Shown here in pieces: positions 7,405 to 18,494 of a stretch of DNA of 26,194 bases. Position 1 is the first letter of the stretch. Every line of letters starts with the position of its first letter. The notes beneath the pieces were generated by a model that saw only the letters and a program-made list of their open reading frames with translations, did no database searches and had not been told where the DNA came from. Source of the stretch: a virus (Duplodnaviria > Caudoviricetes). Location of the stretch: the IMG/VR virus record IMGVR_UViG_3300020384_000007, positions 1-26,194 of that record. One strand, 5' to 3'. The position numbers and the translations under genes are program-made.

Positions 7405-10400
7405 TTAATTTCCAGAGAAGTTCTCTAATATTTGCATTATATCTTCATTAGCTCTTCTGTTTTCATTTTCAGCCATTGTTTTTATTTTTTTATCCATAAT
7501 ATATTCTTTATAGTACTCTACAGCAACTTCTTTGTAATCCTTCCAAAATTTTCTTACTGGTGTTTGAAGTTCTGTTCTTATAATTTCTTTTCTTGTTAAC
7601 ATCCCTTGTGCGTCAATACCACCAGAACGATCAGCTTCTAAAAATTTTAAAGCTTTGATATTATTTTTATTTCTTGAAAGTTCTAAAATTATTTCTGGAA
7701 AGCGTTTACCATTTTGCGGATCAAAGAAAGGTCTGCCTTTTTCGTCATAGCTTATTTTTATAAAAGGTATTAAACTTGTTAGCTTGTTATATTGTTGTGT
7801 TGTTAAATTTACTTCATTACCATATTTATTAAATCTAATAGTATCAAGCGGTGGTACAAGCTTTAGATCTAATCTTCTTATGTATTCATCAACAGGATTG
7901 TCTTTTTCTTTTCTATATTTAAAAGGATTGAAATAATTACCAAAGAAAGCACCTTCTGGGTATTCTGCAATTCTGCCTGTTGTCATGCTTCTTATTGGTT
8001 CAATATCTGCACTAAAACCTGCTGTATAGTCTTGCAAACTTCTTGTTATCATTGTGCCAAAAATATCAAAATCTTGAAAAGGATTATTAGATAGTTTTAA
8101 ACTACCAAAATCATTACCTTCATATTCACCATAATCTTCTGTATAGTTTCCCTTATCTTCCATTCTTTCTGTTTGAGGTTGTTTATCTCCTTTTCTAAAT
8201 TTAGTTTTTCTTTTTGGAAATCTACCTTCGTATGTTTTAGTTCCTAATAATTTACCTTCATTATCACGAAGTTCGTATGTCCATTTTTCACCTCTTGCTC
8301 TTGTAATACTTCTCCATAAAGAAGAAAAAGGTACAAGATTTGCAGCGTAATTTGCTGGCACTCTATAAAACCTTTTTAAAGCACCAACATCATTTGTTAA
8401 ATCAATAAACTCTGCAATATTTTGCAGCATATATTTATTGCCTATATTTCTTGCCATTAAACCTGTAAGAGCATTAGCAGCATTTTCATAATCTTCATCA
8501 CTTACAAAATCTCTAATATATGCCATATCACCTGCAATCATAAATAAAGAACCTATTGGTTCCATTCGAGATAAAAGATCTAAGTATTCGTAATTTGGTA
8601 AACCATTATCTCCTCTAATTACTTTGCCATTTTTGTCTTTTTGTAAAACTCTAAAACTATATGGTAATTCATCAGTTCTTTTCTCTCCTTCTCTTAAATA
8701 TTTATTATGATGACCTCCACCAATAATTGCTAATTCTGCTTCTGGGTCATCTTTGGCTGCTGCTAAAGATATAAAATAAGCCCATAAAAGACCGCCTACA
8801 GTAGCTTCTCCGTTAGCTCTGTATGCAGTAGCCAAATCATCACTTAATAAATTATCATTATGTTCTTTTAAAATTCTTCCTAAAGTTGCATTATATTTTG
8901 GTGGCATACCTTTAAATAAAGTCCTCATATCTGGTACACCTGTTCTTCTAAAAACTTGTTTACCTATATTTACAGGTGTAGTTACAAAAGGAACTATTGG
9001 CCTCAAAGCAGAAGATTTTAATATTTCTGCAAGTTTTTTTGTTTGGGCTGAACCAAAACCATTTAAACCAAATCCTTTGCCTAGTTCAGTTGTAAATGTT
9101 CTATCTGCTGCATAATCTAAATTTCTTGTATATGCGTCTAAAATGTTTTCATTTGGTACAAAATCAGGAAAAGCACTATCTTGTCCTTTAGTAAAACTTT
9201 TGGTATTAACAATATCTATAATTTCATCAAAATTACTTTTTACATAAATTTGAAAAGATTTACCTGTTAATCCTTTTTCTGTTGCTTGTTGCGTAAGATC
9301 ACCCATAAGACCTGATCTAAATGCAATTTGTTTTATAAACTCGTCACCTGCCATCATTAATCTAGAAGGCACTCTAACTCCATGACCAAATAAATTTATA
9401 CTCTTTGCAAAAGCACTATCACCCATCATTCTTATTGCATATCTTTCATAAGCATCTTGTGTACCAAACATTCTTCTTTCATCAAGAATATTCTTATCAA
9501 GCCATAACGCTTTACCTGCTGCTTTAAGACTATCTATAGAAGAGGTAAAAATAGTAGCAAGTTCTCTAGCTGCCCTTATTTTCATTTGTTTGTCCATAAT
9601 TGGACTACCTGCTGCTAGATCTAAAGGACCAAGAGCAACATTAAATAAAGAACCAATAATATTAATAATTTGTGTTTCTGGTGCTGACAATAAATTATTT
9701 ATAAACAACTCATTACTAATTCTCAACCCTTTAGCTCCTCTATCAAATAAATTCATACCTTTTACAAGCTTGCTTATTTTTTTACTATCACCCTGCATAG
9801 CTAATACTTTTCTTGTAATACCTAACAAACCTTCAATATCATTATTTTGTATATAAGTTTGCATACCTTCATAAAGCTCTTCTTTTGTTGGTATTAGTTT
9901 TTGTTCAGCTATTTGTTTTTTAGTCTTTTCAACTAAATCTCTTGTTGTTGTTTGGAATTTTTCTTTTCTTGCACGTTCAGCAGTTTTCTCTCCACCACCA
10001 ATACCTGCTTGTACTTCTTCATCAACAGATTTACGAATAACATCTTTAGGTTCTGCATCTATAAGTTTATTTACTCTTACTGTACCTGCTGTTTCGTTGC
10101 TTATTTTTTTAGTTGGACCTGCAAGATTTATCATCTTTGATACATCTTCCGACCAATTCTGCAATAGTTCATCTGGTATCTCTTCTCCAAGCATGAAAGC
10201 TTGTTCTATATCGGTCATGTATTGACTTACGTTTGTAGCTAATCTTTTTTGTTCTTTTATTGCACCAAGATAAATAACCCTCATGTGTTTTTCTGGGTCA
10301 TTAGGACTAATTTTTTTTGCTATCTGAATTACTTTAGGCAACAGTTCATCATAGCCCATAGCACTTGCAGCTTCTACTGAAAACTCATCAGGTATAACAA

Positions 10401-11619
10401 TTCTATTTAGTACTTTACCTGTAGCTTTCCATGTATCATCAGTAATACTTTCTACATCATTCCAAATTTTAGGATTAGGTTTTGATTGCTGTAAAGGCAA
10501 ATCAGTAGCTTTAATTTTAGTTTTTTTTGTTACTTTAGTTTTTGGTGTTACTTCATCAAACTTAGGCAAATCATCTAGTACTTTTGTAAATTCATCTGAA
10601 AATTCTTTACTACCTACAAGAGTTGCTTTCTTTAATCTTTCAATTTGTTTTAAAGCAAAACTTAATCTTTTTGGGTTATTCTTTATATCCTTCAATAGCT
10701 GAATAGTTCTATCAGCCATCTGTTCTGGATTTAATATATTAGGACCGCCTGTAATGTCATCAATAAGTCTTACAGCGTATGGTTCTAATACATTTTTTAA
10801 TTTAGGCAAACCTTTAGTTGCTGCTGTTGCTGTTAGTCCAATAGCTTCTCCAAAAACTGTACCTGTCAAAAACTGTTTTAGTTTTGCTTCACCAAAGTTA
10901 CTTTCACCTCCTTCTGCTGGTCTTTCTGGTGCAGATAAATATTCAACAATAGGTTTTACAAATCTATTAGTAAGTACTGGATTTTCTATATCAGCTAAAA
11001 AATTAAATAAGTTTTCATCATAAGCATCTACACCAACAAAATCTGCTGCTCCACCTGCGGTAAACCATCTAGCACCAGTAGCGATATTGTCATAATTTTT
11101 TACTCCTTTTAACAATCTTATGCCATTTACCTTTTGCAAAGCTCTATTAAAACCTGCATAAGGTATTAAAAAACCAGCACCAAATTTAAAAACTTGATAT
11201 GCTGCATCATCTAAATCACCTTCTTTTTCAAGACCTAAAGCTTTTAAATCAATTAGTTCATTTGGATCATAAGGATTACCTTGAATCCAATCAGCTATAT
11301 GTTTTATTTCGTTTGGTATGTCAGCGATACCTGCTGCGGTAGCTCTAAAAAATGTCTCTTCTTCTTCTGATTTTGGTTTTAAAAACTTATCTTGATTTTC
11401 AGCAGCTTTCTCTAAAACTTCTTCTGTAATTTGATTTGGTACAACGATTGCACCTGAGTTGCTTTTTAATTGGTCAAAGATTGCTTTAGGTATATCTTTA
11501 ATACCAAAATTTCTTAGCCTTTCATTCTCTGTAAAGTCATCAGTTTTTTTAGACCCAATACCGAAAGCACCTTCTGGTACTGTATTTTCGTCTTGTGGAA
11601 TTAAGTTTGAGTCTGTCAT
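7405..11619 (-). CDS. gp16: Internal virion protein D (gp16-like)
   Basis: 1404 aa; position between gp15 and the tail fibre; PFVTTPVNI motif. Confidence 0.8.
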   Translation of the reverse strand: MTDSNLIPQDENTVPEGAFGIGSKKTDDFTENERLRNFGIKDIPKAIFDQLKSNSGAIVVPNQITEEVLEKAAENQDKFLKPKSEEEETFFRATAAGIADIPNEIKHIADWIQGNPYDPNELIDLKALGLEKEGDLDDAAYQVFKFGAGFLIPYAGFNRALQKVNGIRLLKGVKNYDNIATGARWFTAGGAADFVGVDAYDENLFNFLADIENPVLTNRFVKPIVEYLSAPERPAEGGESNFGEAKLKQFLTGTVFGEAIGLTATAATKGLPKLKNVLEPYAVRLIDDITGGPNILNPEQMADRTIQLLKDIKNNPKRLSFALKQIERLKKATLVGSKEFSDEFTKVLDDLPKFDEVTPKTKVTKKTKIKATDLPLQQSKPNPKIWNDVESITDDTWKATGKVLNRIVIPDEFSVEAASAMGYDELLPKVIQIAKKISPNDPEKHMRVIYLGAIKEQKRLATNVSQYMTDIEQAFMLGEEIPDELLQNWSEDVSKMINLAGPTKKISNETAGTVRVNKLIDAEPKDVIRKSVDEEVQAGIGGGEKTAERARKEKFQTTTRDLVEKTKKQIAEQKLIPTKEELYEGMQTYIQNNDIEGLLGITRKVLAMQGDSKKISKLVKGMNLFDRGAKGLRISNELFINNLLSAPETQIINIIGSLFNVALGPLDLAAGSPIMDKQMKIRAARELATIFTSSIDSLKAAGKALWLDKNILDERRMFGTQDAYERYAIRMMGDSAFAKSINLFGHGVRVPSRLMMAGDEFIKQIAFRSGLMGDLTQQATEKGLTGKSFQIYVKSNFDEIIDIVNTKSFTKGQDSAFPDFVPNENILDAYTRNLDYAADRTFTTELGKGFGLNGFGSAQTKKLAEILKSSALRPIVPFVTTPVNIGKQVFRRTGVPDMRTLFKGMPPKYNATLGRILKEHNDNLLSDDLATAYRANGEATVGGLLWAYFISLAAAKDDPEAELAIIGGGHHNKYLREGEKRTDELPYSFRVLQKDKNGKVIRGDNGLPNYEYLDLLSRMEPIGSLFMIAGDMAYIRDFVSDEDYENAANALTGLMARNIGNKYMLQNIAEFIDLTNDVGALKRFYRVPANYAANLVPFSSLWRSITRARGEKWTYELRDNEGKLLGTKTYEGRFPKRKTKFRKGDKQPQTERMEDKGNYTEDYGEYEGNDFGSLKLSNNPFQDFDIFGTMITRSLQDYTAGFSADIEPIRSMTTGRIAEYPEGAFFGNYFNPFKYRKEKDNPVDEYIRRLDLKLVPPLDTIRFNKYGNEVNLTTQQYNKLTSLIPFIKISYDEKGRPFFDPQNGKRFPEIILELSRNKNNIKALKFLEADRSGGIDAQGMLTRKEIIRTELQTPVRKFWKDYKEVAVEYYKEYIMDKKIKTMAENENRRANEDIMQILENFSGN

Positions 11620-14141
11620 TCTCTATTCATTAAAAGTTTGCGAGCAGCAATTAAAGATTCTCTGACTAGGTTTGCATCTATTCTGGCATAGTTTCCAGCC
11701 TTGTCATTATCATACATACCTTTGCCATCTGGTCCTTGTATTGCAGCAAATTCTAATGCTAAATCTTCATGTGCTGCATTTAGATCATCACTTTGACCTG
11801 TAAGGTACGCAGCTAAAGAAGGTCGTTTTCTGCCACTTAGTAACATACCCCAGAATAATCTATCTTGATTTTCTGGTGTCATAATATCATCTTTGTTAAG
11901 ACCAGAATAAACTCTAGCTTCTGTTAAAACATTAGGTGTAAATTGATAAGCTCCTACTGCAAAGACTTTGCCATCAGCTTGCATTTGCTCCATCTCACCT
12001 ATAGTTTTACTTGTTATATCCATTTCACCTGCTGTATCAGTTGTACCACCATTAAAAGCATTATAAAGACCACTACCTAAAGATTCTCCACCTCTTACTA
12101 ACTCTGCTAAACCACCAAAATCAGGGAAGTTTTCTTGATTTAAAAGTTCTTGTAAATTAAATTCTATTGGCATACCACCGCCATAACCTGCACCCCTTCT
12201 TCTTTCAAATTGTGGTACAGAACCTAAATTTGGTCCTTCTTCAAAAAAATTATTATTTGTATTTGTGTCTTGTTGTTGTAATTTTCTTGTTCTTTCATTT
12301 TCTTGTGTGCCTATTCCAAATGAACCTTCTGGTACTGTTCTGTTTAAATTTATTCCTTCAATTTTTTCTTGATATAGTTGTCGTTCTGATTTTTTGAAAG
12401 GATTTTCTGCGTTTGGATATAATTGATTTCTTAACTTTACAAATTCTGGTTTTCCATCAGAAGCTAAAGCTTGCACAGCATATTGTTGTTCTATTGCTTG
12501 TATTTCTAAACTTGTAGGTCGTTTACCATTTGTTTCTATATAATCTATATAATATTGTTTTATTTTATCTCGAACTTCAAAACCAAGCTTAGTTGATTTC
12601 AACATATTTGACCTAGTTTTTTGACTAAAAGGTTCAAGTATTTGAAACTTATCTCCTACACCTAAGTTATCGTTAACTATATTCATTATATTAGTTGTAG
12701 AAGCTTGTATATCTTCTCCTAATCCATCACTATTTGCTGCAAAAGTTTTAAGTTTATCTATTAAGTCGATTGCTTCATTGTCCATTGTTGCATGATTATT
12801 TTCTATATCTGAAATAGCTTTTTCTAAATCAGTATCTAAACCATCAAACACACCTAATGTAATTTTCTTTTTTAAATCTGGAATAATTTTACTTTTAAGA
12901 TCATAGTTATCTGATTGTCCTAATTGATCTATATAATCTTGTTCTTCTTTTGTTGTAAATCTAGGATCATTTTTTAACGCTTCATATCCGTTTCGTTTAT
13001 TTTCTATTGCTGTAGTTTTTTCTGCATCTGTCATATCTACAGTAAGAGGTATTTTATTTATATTTTGAAACTTATTTTTAATTTCTAATTTATTAAGTAA
13101 AGGTTGTACTTGATTTTTGTATTTAATTTTTTGCAATACTAATCTTTCAAACTTTTCATCAAAAGCTGCTGATTTTGTCAGATAGTCTTTATGACTTCTA
13201 AGATCTTTTTCTCCATACTTAACTAAACTTAAAAGCCTATCTGGGAAACTTTCAGCTAGAGCTAATTTTTGTGCAGCATCAGGTTTGCTTACATCTATAT
13301 CTAATAGTTTTTCGCCTTGAGCATAAATATTATCTATAAGAGTTGTATATGTTTTAGTAGCATCTGTGCCAGTAATACCACCTTTATACATATTTTCTAA
13401 GTAGTTATTTAAAATTTCACCAGCTTGATCGTCTTCTCCTTTGCTTAAATGTAAAGATGCTTCTGTTAAAACTTCAGGCATCAATCCTAAAAATTTATTA
13501 TATTCAAAAGCTTGATTTTGTTTAGTTCCATAATTAGCATTTTTAAACATTTCCTTACTCATTTCAGGTATGTAAAAATCATCAACTACAGTTGAATCAA
13601 TACCTAATTTTCGAAAAAGCTCTAAATCTTCATCAAGGTAACTTTTTCTCCAAGTTCTATATTCATTGCTATCAGTACTAAATTCTTTTAAAAATTTTAA
13701 TATAGGTTTTCCGTTTTCATCTTTTGCACCTGTATCTATTCTAGTGACATCATAGTCACTATCCATTCTGTTACCTCTTTTTTGAGCTTGTAACGCTACT
13801 AAAGATTTTTCATATTGTCTTCTATAAGCCCTTGTACCACCTATTATTTCTCTAGCTGTCTGTCTACCTTCAACTTTTTCAATTCTGTTTGATAAATCAG
13901 CAATAGCACCACCATTTATTTCAGCATCTAAAACATCAGCAACAGCTTGTTTTCTATCCTTTTCTGCTTTTTGATTAGCTCTATTTACAAAAAACTTTTC
14001 TAATGTTGGATTAACTGTTTGTAAGATTTCTGCTAAATCTGCCATACTACTTTTTTGTACAGCAGTAACAGGTTGTACAAAAGTATTTACAGGACTATCG
14101 TAAATCCTTGTGGCTGCTGTGCTTTGAAAACTAGATGTCAT
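11616..14141 (-). CDS. gp15: Internal virion protein C (gp15-like) with a C-terminal lysozyme/transglycosylase domain
   Basis: Synteny; C-terminal GES...YNAFN...AVGAYQFT...TPENQDRL...EFAAI resembles a lambda-type lysozyme. Confidence 0.8.
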   Translation of the reverse strand: MTSSFQSTAATRIYDSPVNTFVQPVTAVQKSSMADLAEILQTVNPTLEKFFVNRANQKAEKDRKQAVADVLDAEINGGAIADLSNRIEKVEGRQTAREIIGGTRAYRRQYEKSLVALQAQKRGNRMDSDYDVTRIDTGAKDENGKPILKFLKEFSTDSNEYRTWRKSYLDEDLELFRKLGIDSTVVDDFYIPEMSKEMFKNANYGTKQNQAFEYNKFLGLMPEVLTEASLHLSKGEDDQAGEILNNYLENMYKGGITGTDATKTYTTLIDNIYAQGEKLLDIDVSKPDAAQKLALAESFPDRLLSLVKYGEKDLRSHKDYLTKSAAFDEKFERLVLQKIKYKNQVQPLLNKLEIKNKFQNINKIPLTVDMTDAEKTTAIENKRNGYEALKNDPRFTTKEEQDYIDQLGQSDNYDLKSKIIPDLKKKITLGVFDGLDTDLEKAISDIENNHATMDNEAIDLIDKLKTFAANSDGLGEDIQASTTNIMNIVNDNLGVGDKFQILEPFSQKTRSNMLKSTKLGFEVRDKIKQYYIDYIETNGKRPTSLEIQAIEQQYAVQALASDGKPEFVKLRNQLYPNAENPFKKSERQLYQEKIEGINLNRTVPEGSFGIGTQENERTRKLQQQDTNTNNNFFEEGPNLGSVPQFERRRGAGYGGGMPIEFNLQELLNQENFPDFGGLAELVRGGESLGSGLYNAFNGGTTDTAGEMDITSKTIGEMEQMQADGKVFAVGAYQFTPNVLTEARVYSGLNKDDIMTPENQDRLFWGMLLSGRKRPSLAAYLTGQSDDLNAAHEDLALEFAAIQGPDGKGMYDNDKAGNYARIDANLVRESLIAARKLLMNRE

Positions 14142-14143
14142 AA

Positions 14144-14677
14144 TTAGCTAAAGAATCCATCATCTAAAGAAAGTTCGGTATTAAAGGCACTTGTAGCAGC
14201 ACCTAAAATAATTGATCCTGTTGAGGGTATTTGATTATATGCTTGTATAGTATTACTTCTTAATCTATTTCTAATGTTTTGATACTCTGATTCTGTACCT
14301 TGTATATTTCTATCATATTGTCTACTAAATGATTCTAATTCTTGCCTTATAGATTCTCTAAAATTAGCACCCTTACCTCCTAATTCTCTAAACAATAAAT
14401 TTATATTGTTACCTGCTTGTCCTGATGCTAATAAAGTTTTTTGTGCTTGTAATATTTCTATGTTTTTAGCAAATATATTTTGTGCTTCTTTTTTTTCTTT
14501 TGATGCTTTTTGTTCAGATAAAGCTAATTGTTTATTTCTTTTGTTGTCTTCAGCAGATTGTGTACCTTCTACTTCTTGTTGAAAAGTACCTTCTGCTTTT
14601 TCTTTTGCAGCACCTTGCATGGCAAGACCTTGAAAAAGATTTAGACCTCCACTAATACCAGCAGCAAGAGAACACAT
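14144..14677 (-). CDS. gp14: Internal virion protein B (gp14-like)
   Basis: Met-Cys N-terminus with a hydrophobic A/G stretch, then coiled coil; synteny. Confidence 0.75.
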   Translation of the reverse strand: MCSLAAGISGGLNLFQGLAMQGAAKEKAEGTFQQEVEGTQSAEDNKRNKQLALSEQKASKEKKEAQNIFAKNIEILQAQKTLLASGQAGNNINLLFRELGGKGANFRESIRQELESFSRQYDRNIQGTESEYQNIRNRLRSNTIQAYNQIPSTGSIILGAATSAFNTELSLDDGFFS

Positions 14678-15130
14678 TTAGGCAATCCTCAGAAATTCAT
14701 AAAATGGTTTTTCATGTTGACCATACTTTTCGTGATAATTTATAAAAACAAAACCGAGAGCTTCTAACCACTTTATAGCAGTATGATTCTCTGCATATAC
14801 AAAATTATATAGGAGTTTATAAGATTTCAACAAACTGTCTATCCATTCTCTACCTTTTCTTATTAGTTGTATTTTATATTTTTTATTAGAAAATAATTCA
14901 TCAGTACAGATCATAAATATACAACCATCTTTACGCACTCCACATAAGCCCATAGGTTGATCCTCGTCACCAGCTATTGTTAATATTGTTTTACCAAACA
15001 AAAACGACAAGCGTAATGCGTCTTCTGGATCTCTACCTGTTTGATATAAACCTTCTAATCTATCCATTTGTCTCATGTTTTGACATACATAATTAAGATC
15101 TGATAGCTTTGATTTTCTTAAATATCCCAT
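14678..15130 (-). CDS. gp13: Internal virion protein A (gp13-like, GNAT fold)
   Basis: MRQMDRLE and LYNFVYAENHTAIKWLEALGF motifs; follows tail tubular B. Confidence 0.85.
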   Translation of the reverse strand: MGYLRKSKLSDLNYVCQNMRQMDRLEGLYQTGRDPEDALRLSFLFGKTILTIAGDEDQPMGLCGVRKDGCIFMICTDELFSNKKYKIQLIRKGREWIDSLLKSYKLLYNFVYAENHTAIKWLEALGFVFINYHEKYGQHEKPFYEFLRIA

Positions 15131-17586
15131 TAAGTTCTTCTACTCCTCATGTGAAATACTCCTTCATACTCTGCACTAGCTAACAATGTAGGCAAGAAGG
15201 TATTGTTTTTTACATCTATATCTACTCTATCTGACTTGCTCATAATAGGCACTTTAAATGTACCTGTATCTAAATTAATCTGACCGATAGAAGCAGAAGC
15301 AGCACCAAGCAAACGACCAGTAAATTTATGTAAAGAGGTGTCTCTATTCTCAGGTGTTACTTCTACTTGAAAGAAACCAGAGTCTTCATACTTAATATAG
15401 AAATGATGTATTTGTAATCGACCACTTATAAGTTCAGTAGCACCCCCACCACCTTGAGTTAACCTTTGCTGACTAAACCTATAGTGCATTTCATAAGGTT
15501 CACCAATAATAAATTTACTATTTCTATAATCTCCTGTTGCTGTAATGGTAGAAGTAGAACCATCAACTGCATTAGTAGTTGTTAGTGCTTGTCCTGATAC
15601 AAGAGTTTTGGTATTGCCTTGAGCATCTACAAATGTGCTTGTTTCATTGCTGGCAAGATAACGACCAATAATATTCATGTTGGCTCTTAATCTATAAGGA
15701 ACTGTAAATGTAGAAATACCAGTAGCAGAGTTGTAAGCAACAGATACACCGCTAGTAGCTTCAGTTACCTTGTGGTCTAAATGATATTCAAACTCTGCAT
15801 TAGGTTCTCTAAAATTAGTTTCAAATGGTATTTTTTCTAGGGTTACACCATTGGCTTCTTCTACAACCATTATTAAATCAGTACCAATAAAATCAATATT
15901 TAAAATAGATCTATTACTGTTAAAGGTATAAGTAAACCAAGCGTTTAAAGCTTTACTAAACCCTTCACCATATAGCCATCTATTTACATATAACTTGTTT
16001 GGATTCTCTGTACCAAGCAAAACAAGAATATCTTGGTTGTTTGATACTGCCATTTTAAAAATGCCACTTGGTATCAGTCTTGGTACATGGATAGTTGTGT
16101 TTGCAGCATCTTGGATCTGTTGATTACCTGCAATAATATATTCTCTGATACCTGCAAAAGAACCTTTTTTAGTTAAAAAATAAATAGAAGAACCAGAACC
16201 TACAGGCTGTGCTGCTGCATTACTTTCAAATTCAGTTTGTACAAGTACGTTAGCAGTTGAAGGGGTAAGGTTATCTGCTGAACTTGATAATACAAATTGT
16301 GTTTGTTCAGAAAATAATATAAGTTTTTCTCCCATAGTTACTGCGTGTTTCAATATTGCAACTTTTGTATGAGATGCAGCTACGTCTATGGGTTCTGTAT
16401 CTAAAACTGATATAACTGTTTCTGGAAAAAAATTAAAAAACTCTGATACTGTTGAAAGAATTACATTATCCCCTGCAAGAAACCCAAGCCTGTTTCTAAA
16501 GAAAAATACATTATTAATTTTATTACCAATAAAAGAAGGATTTGGTGCTGATATTAAATCACCAACAACACGTTCACCCCATTTAGGTAATGTAAAATCA
16601 GTTCCAGATATTGTATATGTATCTCCATCTACTCTTGCAAATCTAAAATTACCATCTGCCTGACGTATTAAAACGTGTGGCATTGTGTCGTAATTAAATT
16701 TAAAAGGTATGCCAGCTTCTACTGTTTCTGACCATTGCCCTTCTTCAAAAGCATTTCCGTTATTAGTTGTAAATTTTACATAATAATTATCAAAGTCCGT
16801 ACCTTCATCACCAACAATCTCTACTACATATCCATTAGGTGACACATTGGGAAGATCAGTAAACTGCTGTACTGTATCTTTTATGACTGTCATTTTGGTA
16901 TTACCTTGAGAGTCACTACCATCTATTGAAAAATTACTACCATCATTCTTTTTGATATGTATAACAGGACCATTCCTAGCAATCGTAAAACCTGTAAGAC
17001 CAGAGTTTAAACCAGCAGTAAGATCAGTAGCTACAGTTGTAGTTGAAAGTGGATCATTACCAGTAGTGTCATCTGTTACTGTTACACCATCTACAGTCAC
17101 AGAATAAGTTGTTTTAGCTGTTGCTTGATTTATAAATACAATCGCTTGCGTAATATTACTAGCACTATTTGATACTGCTGAATCCATAGCAGGTGTAATA
17201 CTTGTATTCACAACAAACGTGAAGTCAGCAATAGTAACTGTCTTCATTACACTTCTAGGATTTGATGTATTTAAATAGTTTGTACCATCTGGTTTGTTGA
17301 CTGTTTTTTCTGTACCATCTAACTCAAAAACTTTTACATTGCCATTACTAAATATCGCTACATACTGTTCACTAGCATCTCTATTTATAGTTTGTATGTG
17401 AACATTACCAAGAGTAGAACTGCCAACTGAAGCTAAAAATTGAGATCCAGACCTTTTTGTAAGACCAAGAACAGGGTTACTATCAGCGTTATCTTGTATA
17501 TCAGCGTGATCTGCTTGCTTCAAAGCATCAGAAGATTGCGATATACCTCTTAATAATGTAGGTATAGCTCTTGAAATAACAGCCAT
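15130..17586 (-). CDS. gp12: Tail tubular protein B
   Basis: GISQ, GLTKRSG, TIADFTFVVN, NVFFFRNRLGFL, GRLQI motifs; 818 aa. Confidence 0.95.
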   Translation of the reverse strand: MAVISRAIPTLLRGISQSSDALKQADHADIQDNADSNPVLGLTKRSGSQFLASVGSSTLGNVHIQTINRDASEQYVAIFSNGNVKVFELDGTEKTVNKPDGTNYLNTSNPRSVMKTVTIADFTFVVNTSITPAMDSAVSNSASNITQAIVFINQATAKTTYSVTVDGVTVTDDTTGNDPLSTTTVATDLTAGLNSGLTGFTIARNGPVIHIKKNDGSNFSIDGSDSQGNTKMTVIKDTVQQFTDLPNVSPNGYVVEIVGDEGTDFDNYYVKFTTNNGNAFEEGQWSETVEAGIPFKFNYDTMPHVLIRQADGNFRFARVDGDTYTISGTDFTLPKWGERVVGDLISAPNPSFIGNKINNVFFFRNRLGFLAGDNVILSTVSEFFNFFPETVISVLDTEPIDVAASHTKVAILKHAVTMGEKLILFSEQTQFVLSSSADNLTPSTANVLVQTEFESNAAAQPVGSGSSIYFLTKKGSFAGIREYIIAGNQQIQDAANTTIHVPRLIPSGIFKMAVSNNQDILVLLGTENPNKLYVNRWLYGEGFSKALNAWFTYTFNSNRSILNIDFIGTDLIMVVEEANGVTLEKIPFETNFREPNAEFEYHLDHKVTEATSGVSVAYNSATGISTFTVPYRLRANMNIIGRYLASNETSTFVDAQGNTKTLVSGQALTTTNAVDGSTSTITATGDYRNSKFIIGEPYEMHYRFSQQRLTQGGGGATELISGRLQIHHFYIKYEDSGFFQVEVTPENRDTSLHKFTGRLLGAASASIGQINLDTGTFKVPIMSKSDRVDIDVKNNTFLPTLLASAEYEGVFHMRSRRT

Positions 17587-17588
17587 AG

Positions 17589-18197
17589 TTATCTAATTAA
17601 AGCACTAGAAGGATTGTAAGTATCAAAGATATTAGTAAGAGAAGGATCTCCTCTTAATATATTGTGATCCCCATTTGCTAAGTCTGTTTCCATAAGTATT
17701 GCTCTAGCTCTTTGTTCGTCTTGTAACGTATATGTTCTTAATGCTTGGTCACTTACAAGTCTGTCAACAAACTTTCTTGCAGCTTGTATATTCATATAGT
17801 GTCTAGCTGGTTCTGGTATCTCATCAAAATCTCTAAAATAAACCACAGTACAAATTAAGTCTTCATCAAATTCAAACTTATTATTTTGTCTATCGTATAA
17901 TTTAGAACCACGTTGTATAGGATCAATAGTTGGGTGTTGATGAATATTAGCATCTACTCTTAAAACATTTGTAGGAATATTTATTTGATTAGAACCATCT
18001 CTTGTAAGAGTTACATCTATTTCTGTATTAAAAGACCAGCCTTCTGACTGTACACTTTTGTTTACTTCAGTAAGGGTTGACTGAGCAATACGAGCATCAA
18101 CGGGTAGTGTGCCGACAAGACTATTTATAGGTGCTTCTCCTATAGCAGCAAGCATTATATTGATACAAGCAAGTTCTGTTGTTGCAGCTACAGCCAT
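17589..18197 (-). CDS. gp11: Tail tubular protein A
   Basis: TELACINIMLAAIGEAPINSL and VQSEGWSFN motifs. Confidence 0.95.
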   Translation of the reverse strand: MAVAATTELACINIMLAAIGEAPINSLVGTLPVDARIAQSTLTEVNKSVQSEGWSFNTEIDVTLTRDGSNQINIPTNVLRVDANIHQHPTIDPIQRGSKLYDRQNNKFEFDEDLICTVVYFRDFDEIPEPARHYMNIQAARKFVDRLVSDQALRTYTLQDEQRARAILMETDLANGDHNILRGDPSLTNIFDTYNPSSALIR

Positions 18198-18373
18198 TAG
18201 TTCATTACCTCTTTAAGTTTTTGTGCTTTAACTTTTTGAGTTTCTTTATAAAACCTAGCCTTTTCAGCAAGAGTGCTTTTTCCTGTTTCTTGCATTTGCT
18301 TGTTGTAAGCATCAAGATAAGCTTGACCTTCTAGACCAAGAATACCTTTTTTCTTTTTATTCTTGCCAAACAT
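18197..18373 (-). CDS. 58-aa basic hypothetical protein
   Basis: Hand-translated: MFGKNKKKKGILGLEGQAYLDAYNKQMQETGKSTLAEKARFYKETQKVKAQKLKEVMN; TAATG overlap with gp11. Confidence 0.7.
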   Translation of the reverse strand: MFGKNKKKKGILGLEGQAYLDAYNKQMQETGKSTLAEKARFYKETQKVKAQKLKEVMN

Positions 18374-18375
18374 AA

Positions 18376-18450
18376 TTAATACCCTTTCTTTTTAATCTTA
18401 AGTGAGTCTCTCCCACCTTTCTTTTTTTTCTTTTTAGATGAATGATACAT
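18376..18450 (-). CDS. 24-aa Lys-rich peptide
   Basis: Hand-translated: MYHSSKKKKKKGGRDSLKIKKKGY; fills the gap between the terminator and the next ATG. Confidence 0.55.
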   Translation of the reverse strand: MYHSSKKKKKKGGRDSLKIKKKGY

Positions 18451-18451
18451 A

Positions 18452-18483
18452 ATAAAAAAGGGTATCTAATAATAAGATACCCT
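18452..18483 (-). terminator. Rho-independent terminator after the capsid gene (T-phi position)
   Basis: AGGGTATCT-7nt-AGATACCCT perfect stem followed by TTTTTATT. Confidence 0.9.
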
Positions 18484-18494
18484 ATAAATTGAAT

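Noticed and set aside
10311-10528. T8 homopolymer runs as phase-variation tracts
   Set aside because: They encode Lys codons in AT-rich gp16, and the frame is intact.
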